Source of the DNA: a virus
IMG/VR virus record: IMGVR_UViG_3300042261_001452
Span: 22,640 to 86,639 of that record
Strand: one strand, 5' to 3'
Length of the DNA: 64,000 nucleotides
The notes below the pieces were generated by a model. That model was given only the letters and a program-made list of their open reading frames with translations. It was not told the origin of the DNA and did not search any database. Below are positions 58,960 to 64,000 of the stretch, piece by piece; positions within the stretch are counted from its first letter, which is position 1; each line of letters starts with the position of its first letter. Both the position numbers and the translations under genes were made by a program.

Positions 58960-59268
58960 TTACTTCTTACAAAGCAAACATGTGGCAAAGGGAGGCTTAG
59001 AGTTAAGTTGTAGTCCGACACCTAACGACTTTAACTCGTAACCTTCAGGGATTACAGGTGGTGGAACCTTAAAACCTGCATACCATTTGCTGTCGGGGTG
59101 GCGGCAGTTAATATCTATTTTTCCATCAGGGGTAAGGATAATTCCCCCATTATAGCGATAGGAAACAGGATAGGTTACTTCCACGCTCCCTTTCTTTTCT
59201 AGGGTCTTTTTTTGTTTATCTGTAAGGTTAATACCGGATTGAGGGAAGGGGAAAAAATCATCGTTCAT
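58960..59268 (-). CDS. Hypothetical early protein
   Basis: Start MNDDFF after GGAGG/AAGGA; TTGACA-N17-CATACT promoter at 59325-59353. Confidence 0.65.
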   Translation of the reverse strand: MNDDFFPFPQSGINLTDKQKKTLEKKGSVEVTYPVSYRYNGGIILTPDGKIDINCRHPDSKWYAGFKVPPPVIPEGYELKSLGVGLQLNSKPPFATCLLCKK

Positions 59269-59748
59269 AATAGGTTTTCCTTTTCCTCCTGTTGAGAGAA
59301 GCCTTTTCTCTCTTTGATAAAAGCAGTATGGCACAAAAGAATGTGGATGTCAACTTCTATTTTTTACCGTCAATATAAATGAACGACGTTGAGGTCTCAT
59401 CCTTGTCCCAAAAGAAACTACTCTCTTTTGTACTTTATATAAATGAACGACATTGAGGAGTCTCATCATCTCATCCTTGTCTCCTAAGAAACTATTTTCT
59501 TTTGTACTTTATATATTTTTAAGAGTACAATTTTATCTCAAACGGCTCGTGGTTATCTCTAACGGCTCGTGTGCTACGTCAGCGTTGTTAGATGGTCTTA
59601 ACGTTCGGTTGGGTTGTGGTTAATTTGTACTCTTAATAATAGAGGGAGCCTAAATAAGGGAGATAGCCTTTTTGTACTCTTAATGGCAAAGAAGGGAATA
59701 AATGTTTTTTGTACTCTGAATAAAAAAATAAGCCAGACTTCTTGAAGG

Positions 59749-59782
59749 AAAAAAGGGTATCCTCTTTTGGGAGGATACCCTT
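59749..59782 (-). terminator. Terminator, near-identical to 63059-63092
   Basis: AAGGGTATCCTC-TTTTGG-GAGGATACCCTT with A-tract. Confidence 0.8.
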
Positions 59783-59838
59783 AAAACTGGATAGGGATTG
59801 GTATGACGGCCAACCGACTCCAATTTTGAGAAGCCGGA

Positions 59839-60327
59839 TTAGCTTGCGAGCATCGCCTTGCGTTCGGCCAACTCCTTCTCCTGCTGCTCGATCTCGATGA
59901 TGGCGGCGTCACGCTTGGCCTCGATGGTCGTATCGAGAACCTTACGAGCATCCAGAAGTTCGGCGACGGTCACATGCTCGAAAATCTTCTGGAAGTCAAC
60001 CTTCTTCCCCTGTCCACCGCCCTTGAGAGTGTACTTGCCCGCGTTGACCGCATCCAGACGATCACGGACTTCCTTCTGGATGTCGGCAGGCAGCTTGCCA
60101 CACTTCTCATTGAACCACGCTTCACGCTGATCGGGGGTCATGCCGACAACCGCAGCCGTAATGCGCGGAATGCCAGCGGTGGACTTCTTCTGTGGCGCGG
60201 CGGGCGCGGGCGGTTCCAGGACGACATATCCGGCGTCGGGCGCGGCGGGCGCGGCGGGCGCGGCGGGCGCGGCGGGGGTGGCGGGGGTGGCGGGGGTGGC
60301 GGGGGTGGGGGTGGACTTCTTGGCCAT
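59839..60327 (-). CDS. GC-rich early gene with (PAT/PAA)n N-terminus and coiled-coil C-terminus
   Basis: AAGGA RBS before MAKKSTP; TTGACA-N17-TACATT at 60389-60417; 9-bp tandem repeats at about 60236-60310. Confidence 0.75.
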   Translation of the reverse strand: MAKKSTPTPATPATPATPAAPAAPAAPAAPDAGYVVLEPPAPAAPQKKSTAGIPRITAAVVGMTPDQREAWFNEKCGKLPADIQKEVRDRLDAVNAGKYTLKGGGQGKKVDFQKIFEHVTVAELLDARKVLDTTIEAKRDAAIIEIEQQEKELAERKAMLAS

Positions 60328-60784
60328 GGTATCCTTCTTTCTTTGGTTTTGCGCTTTGGGTTTATCCCATTGCTTCTTTGATGAGAACAATGTATCAGTT
60401 CTACTCGGGACTGTCAACAGGTTTTTTAGACTTTTTTTTAGTCGTTTTGTTCTGTGACGATCCCTTGTATCCCTTCAACGCGATCATCATTACATATTGG
60501 AGGGCTTATGTCAATAGGGGAAATAAGATTTCTTTAAGAGTACAAAGTTTAAGCTTGAACTGGTCAGGAGTATGATATGAATGCTAGTAGAGTGCGGGGG
60601 TGGGATAAAATTGTACTTTAGAAAAGCAAAGGCTTATGACGAAGTATGGTTCTTGCTTTATACTCTATATTATCTAGTGGGTAATAGTTAGTTTGTACTT
60701 TAAAAAACTAGATGCAGACTGAAAAAACTCTAATATGTCATTATTAACAACCGCCCATATTTTTATATTCATATCTCTGATATG

Positions 60785-60813
60785 AATATAACTGTTTTTG
60801 GAGGATATGTCAA
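60785..60813 (-). promoter_or_regulatory. Sigma70-type promoter TTGACA-N17-TATATT
   Basis: Near-consensus; no long ORF immediately downstream. Confidence 0.6.
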
Positions 60814-60867
60814 GACATTTTTTTTTGTACTTTATATTTTTTTAAGAGTACAAAATTTGGAGAAAAT

Positions 60868-60906
60868 ACCCGGCGGAACCTCCTTCGACTCCGGGTTCCG
60901 CCGGGT
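60868..60906. repeat. 13-bp GC-rich inverted repeat followed by CCGCCGGGTGGAACCTG direct repeats
   Basis: ACCCGGCGGAACC-N13-GGTTCCGCCGGGT. Confidence 0.8.
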
Positions 60907-61210
60907 GGAACCTGCCGCCGGGTGGAACCTGGCGTCGGGTGGACTCTGTAGGAGTTTTTTGTACTTTATATTTTTTTAAGAGTACAAAGATTGGAGAGAG
61001 TCGCCGTATGGACCCTGTAGGAGGCGGAGGTGAAGGCTGGTGGAGGTGGTGAACGCTGGAGTACCAATGACTTTTGTACTCTGAAAAGACAGGAAGAAGT
61101 TTATTAGGCTCTTATGATTTTGTACTTTAGAAGCAAAGAGTAGACGATAATAAGTTTGTACTCTAATCTTTTAGTAGGCTTCAATCTAAAGTTTGTACTC
61201 TAATAAAACA

Positions 61211-61241
61211 AAAAACTAGGGTTTTTAAGCCCTAGTCTTTT
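61211..61241 (-). terminator. Terminator after 61265-61783
   Basis: ACTAGGG...CCCTAGT with A-tract. Confidence 0.7.
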
Positions 61242-61264
61242 GTAAGTCTTTGGAATAGAGTGTA

Positions 61265-61783
61265 TTACACCTCTTCCAAAACTTGTTCTTCCACGGGGGT
61301 TTCGGTTTTTGCCTCAACCGATTCTCGATTGATGCGGAGGATGGTTTCCACCGCACAGGAGAAGCAGGCTTCGGGCTTGCTCTTCGTTAGTTCCTTGGCG
61401 AGAAGCAGGCTTTCGACAGCCTCACGATCAACCGGTTTCCCGTCAAGAAAGAATTGCGAGTCGGCATGGGACTTGCTATTGGTGCTGGTGTAGAGCCGCA
61501 GGTACAGCTTGCCGCTTTTGGTCGCCCGTAGCAACCACGGATATTCGACCCATTCCATGCCCCTGAGACCCTGATTTTCGGCGGGCAGGGTGCCGTTCTC
61601 CCTTGCTTCCACGATCTTCTTCTGGTTGTCGTATTCGATGCCAACCCGCCCTACCATCTTGACACGCTTTGTAATGACGGCAGTGATTCCCTTGAATGTT
61701 GAGCAAGGCCGCTCCCATTCAACCACGATGTTTGCACCGGCTTGAGTATTTTCGATAGCTTGCTTGACCTGTTCCAGTTCCAT
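61265..61783 (-). CDS. GC-rich hypothetical early protein
   Basis: GGGAG RBS; TTGACA-N17-TATTAT at 61829-61857. Confidence 0.75.
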   Translation of the reverse strand: MELEQVKQAIENTQAGANIVVEWERPCSTFKGITAVITKRVKMVGRVGIEYDNQKKIVEARENGTLPAENQGLRGMEWVEYPWLLRATKSGKLYLRLYTSTNSKSHADSQFFLDGKPVDREAVESLLLAKELTKSKPEACFSCAVETILRINRESVEAKTETPVEEQVLEEV

Positions 61784-62141
61784 GACTTGCTCCCTTTGAC
61801 TTTTGATATGATCCTGTCAACGCCCCTAATAATAGGAGAAAAAGGGGATGATGTCAAGAGGGAAAAATAAAAAATGTTGAGAGTACAAACTTTGGGCAAC
61901 TGCGAGCTAGGATAACGAGGCAAGAAGGAGTGAGCCAAGCCAATTATCCAGTGAGTAGGGGTGGGTGTGTGGGAGAGAGGCGGATTTTGTACTCTATAAA
62001 ATAAGATATAGTGAATGCTTTAAGAGTACAAAGTGGATAAGCCAGTAGGCAGGCATTAGGGTTAGAGGTAGTAGCACATAACAGTGTATAGATTTTTGTA
62101 CTCTATAACAGTGGAGAGAAGAGTGTTATAGAGATTGTACT

Positions 62142-62729
62142 TTATACTTCTTTGGCATAAGCGAAAACAAGGAGAGCCTTACAATATTTACAACGATAGA
62201 CAAAACCACGAAGGATCTTACCATGAAGAATCTTACTTATGCCATGTTCCCGACAAGAACACTTATAGATATAGGGAGAGCCAATGGTTCTGCTATAAGT
62301 GGAGTGAGCAGTTGTTTCCAGTCCCATAATCCGCATGATGTTCTTCCAGATTTTCCCATGCTTGAGACAGGTTTTTGCATAGGGTTTTGTAATCCTATAT
62401 TTGTTATCTTCCTTGCTATGAGTAATGATACCTTTATTAAGAAGGTAATGAAACTCGAAAAAATGAGCGATCTCATGGGGGATAGTTCTGCTAATGAATC
62501 TATCTCTATAAGCAGCGAAGTGGGAAAGGTTATATTTAATTGTTCCAATTTGATAACAGGCTCTACCAGCGACTAAACCTGTTAAAGAGGTGTCAATTTT
62601 TGGATAAGGATAGTTTGTCTTAAAGACATAATTAAACTTATCCCACCATTGCATAGTTAAGGCTAGAAGCTCTTGGTAGGCATGAAGAGCTTTGTTGTCT
62701 GCGGATTGAACAGGCTGAGTCATTTCCAT
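62142..62729 (-). CDS. SprT-like zinc metalloprotease
   Basis: AGRA, TIPHEIAH, HGKIWK..M, YKCSC...YRCKYC; start uncertain; promoter TTGACA-N17-TACTAT at 62761-62789. Confidence 0.85.
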   Translation of the reverse strand: MEMTQPVQSADNKALHAYQELLALTMQWWDKFNYVFKTNYPYPKIDTSLTGLVAGRACYQIGTIKYNLSHFAAYRDRFISRTIPHEIAHFFEFHYLLNKGIITHSKEDNKYRITKPYAKTCLKHGKIWKNIMRIMGLETTAHSTYSRTIGSPYIYKCSCREHGISKILHGKILRGFVYRCKYCKALLVFAYAKEV

Positions 62730-63058
62730 AAATGAAACCTTTTTCTTCCTTGTTGCCTTCATAGTATAGTAAGAGAGGGGGCTTGTCAATGATATTTTTT
62801 AGAAAACTTTAAGAGTACAAAATGTGGGCTAGAGTTTGCCAAGCGAGGTTGCCACAGCCCCAGAAGACGGAGAACAAGGTTATGAGAGTTGGTAGGGGGA
62901 ACGGATTTTGTACTCTAAAAGAGTTTGGGAATTATTTAGCGATTACATGTTTAGAGAATAGGTTATTATACTCTATACTATACAGTGGATGAGTTATTGT
63001 ACTCTATATTATACAGTGGATAAAAATACTATTTTGTACTCTAGGATATATAGTGAAT

Positions 63059-63092
63059 GAAAAAAGGTATTCTCTTTTAGGAGGATACCCTT
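63059..63092 (-). terminator. Terminator, near-identical to 59749-59782
   Basis: AAGGTATTCTC-TTTTAG-GAGGATACCCTT. Confidence 0.75.
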
Positions 63093-63101
63093 CGATGAAC
63101 T

Positions 63102-63257
63102 TTACTTGAACAGGAACGTCCACCATGACGCATTGTGATACCTCTGATGGTATGCGTTCCACTTCAAGCCCACGTATCCGCCAATCGCGGCAGCGAAAAT
63201 CAGTCCGACCGCAACAGCGGCTAGCACGGACAACACCTGATTCAACCACTTCTTCAC
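63102..63257 (-). CDS. 51-aa single-pass membrane protein (not in ORF track)
   Basis: GGAGG RBS, GTG start, MKKWLNQVLSVLAAVAVGLIFAAAIGGYVGLKWNAYHQRYHNASWWTFLFK*; promoter TTGACG-N17-AATACT; terminator follows. Confidence 0.75.
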   Translation of the reverse strand: MKKWLNQVLSVLAAVAVGLIFAAAIGGYVGLKWNAYHQRYHNASWWTFLFK

Positions 63258-63337
63258 TCTTTGCCTCCGTTGCTACCTGGTTTGCTCTACATGGGAGTCA
63301 GTATTTCACATAAGCCGGTTTACGTCAACAACTATTT

Positions 63338-63718
63338 TCAACTTTTTTTCTTGGACTTGGCGTGGGCCTTCATGGGACAGTAGTTGTCGAGTTGCTCTGC
63401 TTCTGCCACCTTGAAGCATTGCGGCCATCCACGCCGGTCAGCTTCTGCCGCTGCTGCGTCTTCAGCCGCTTCCGCGTTGTCGGCAGATACCGTAAGGCTG
63501 CGAGTTTCATCACCGTGTTTGTCGAAAAAGTTTACTCTCCAGTATTTTTCTGGAACTTGCTGCACCAAATTGCGGATGGCACGCATATCCTCCATCGGCA
63601 AATCTAATGCCGGTTTCAGCAGTTCGTAATCAGGGATGGCCCCGCTTTTGGCATTGATGTTCCACAGCCGTATGGCTGCTAGAACGATCTTCTTTTCTCT
63701 GTCGCTAAGATTCTTCAT
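63338..63718 (-). CDS. GC-rich hypothetical early protein
   Basis: AGGAG RBS before MKNLSDRE; TTGATT-N17-TATAAC at 63759-63787. Confidence 0.7.
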   Translation of the reverse strand: MKNLSDREKKIVLAAIRLWNINAKSGAIPDYELLKPALDLPMEDMRAIRNLVQQVPEKYWRVNFFDKHGDETRSLTVSADNAEAAEDAAAAEADRRGWPQCFKVAEAEQLDNYCPMKAHAKSKKKS

Positions 63719-63830
63719 TGTCTTTCTCCTGTAAGGATTACTCATTGAAAACAAAGATGTTATAGCCTATTTGGAATGAAAAATCAATATGTTTTTTTCA
63801 TTTTTTTTCTAAAGTACAAAATTGCGGAAC

Positions 63831-63890
63831 GCCCAAAAAGGGGCTCCAGCTTACTCCGCTTCGCTACGAAGCTGAGCTTGATCGTTGGGT
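63831..63890 (+). mobile_element. Integron attC-like site (60 bp, one mismatch in R'')
   Basis: GCCCAAA-N5-GCTCCAGC...GCTGAGC-N6-GTTGGGT with one extrahelical base. Confidence 0.6.
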
Positions 63891-64000
63891 GTATTACGTT
63901 CTAACCGCCTTTTCCCCACCGCTCGCCGCAGTATGTTCTCAGCGAATAACCCCGCCAATGCTTGGTGGCACAGTGATTCGGCATCCCGAGGACATACATC

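Larger units (their letters stand above)
58743..63820. repeat. Dispersed 9-10 bp box (T)TTGTACTYT, about 31 copies
   Basis: 21 copies on + and 10 on - counted by eye, essentially all intergenic. Confidence 0.9.

Noticed and set aside
59523-59584. Second attC (CTCTAAC...GTTAGAT) with TTATCTCxAACGGCTCGTG duplication
   Set aside because: Only about 37 bp between cores and no L-box pairing; at most a decayed remnant
59858-60575. + strand ORFs of 90-135 aa
   Set aside because: Shadows of the GC-rich - strand gene and its 9-bp repeats; expression signals all point to the - strand
60824-61201. Resemblance of AAGTTTGTAC to lambda/Gateway att sites (vector contamination)
   Set aside because: Match limited to the short core, copies are naturally diverged, and there is no vector backbone
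63004-63249. 81-aa ORF from the track
   Set aside because: Runs through a terminator and GTAC boxes; the overlapping 51-aa frame has the RBS and a coherent TM helix
58401-63820. CRISPR array
   Set aside because: Repeats are only 9-13 bp, irregularly spaced and in both orientations; no cas genes
1-64000. tRNA/rRNA genes and stop-codon recoding
   Set aside because: No cloverleaf or rRNA motifs recognised by eye (tRNAscan not run); long genes are intact under code 11 and all three stops are used

Overview
This 64 kb window looks like part of a large tailed dsDNA phage genome (AT-rich, standard code, almost all genes on the - strand). Positions 1-58.4 kb hold a head-morphogenesis/late module: HK97-type major capsid protein, decoration protein, a 1842-aa prohead protease-scaffold fusion, a portal with two inteins and a fused nuclease, and the terminase large subunit. 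Interleaved are NrdJ, thioredoxin, a ferritin-like protein, a eukaryote-like CCA-adding enzyme, two Ycf46-like AAA+ ATPases with DUF1257/DUF2997-like partners, several proteases and two ADP-ribosyltransferase-like proteins. More than 20 proteins carry a shared short N-terminal leader and/or internal K/R-x-A(Q/S) motifs at domain boundaries, suggesting a virion cargo-targeting and polyprotein-processing code. Late genes share an AGGA-N17/18-GAA promoter. At about 58.4-58.75 kb, iteron-like repeats and a C-rich to G-rich strand switch mark a boundary (origin or genome end). Beyond it lies an early-type region of monocistronic, often GC-rich genes with sigma70 promoters, about 31 dispersed TTGTACTYT boxes and an integron attC-like site. 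All family assignments come from motif recognition by eye; no searches were run.
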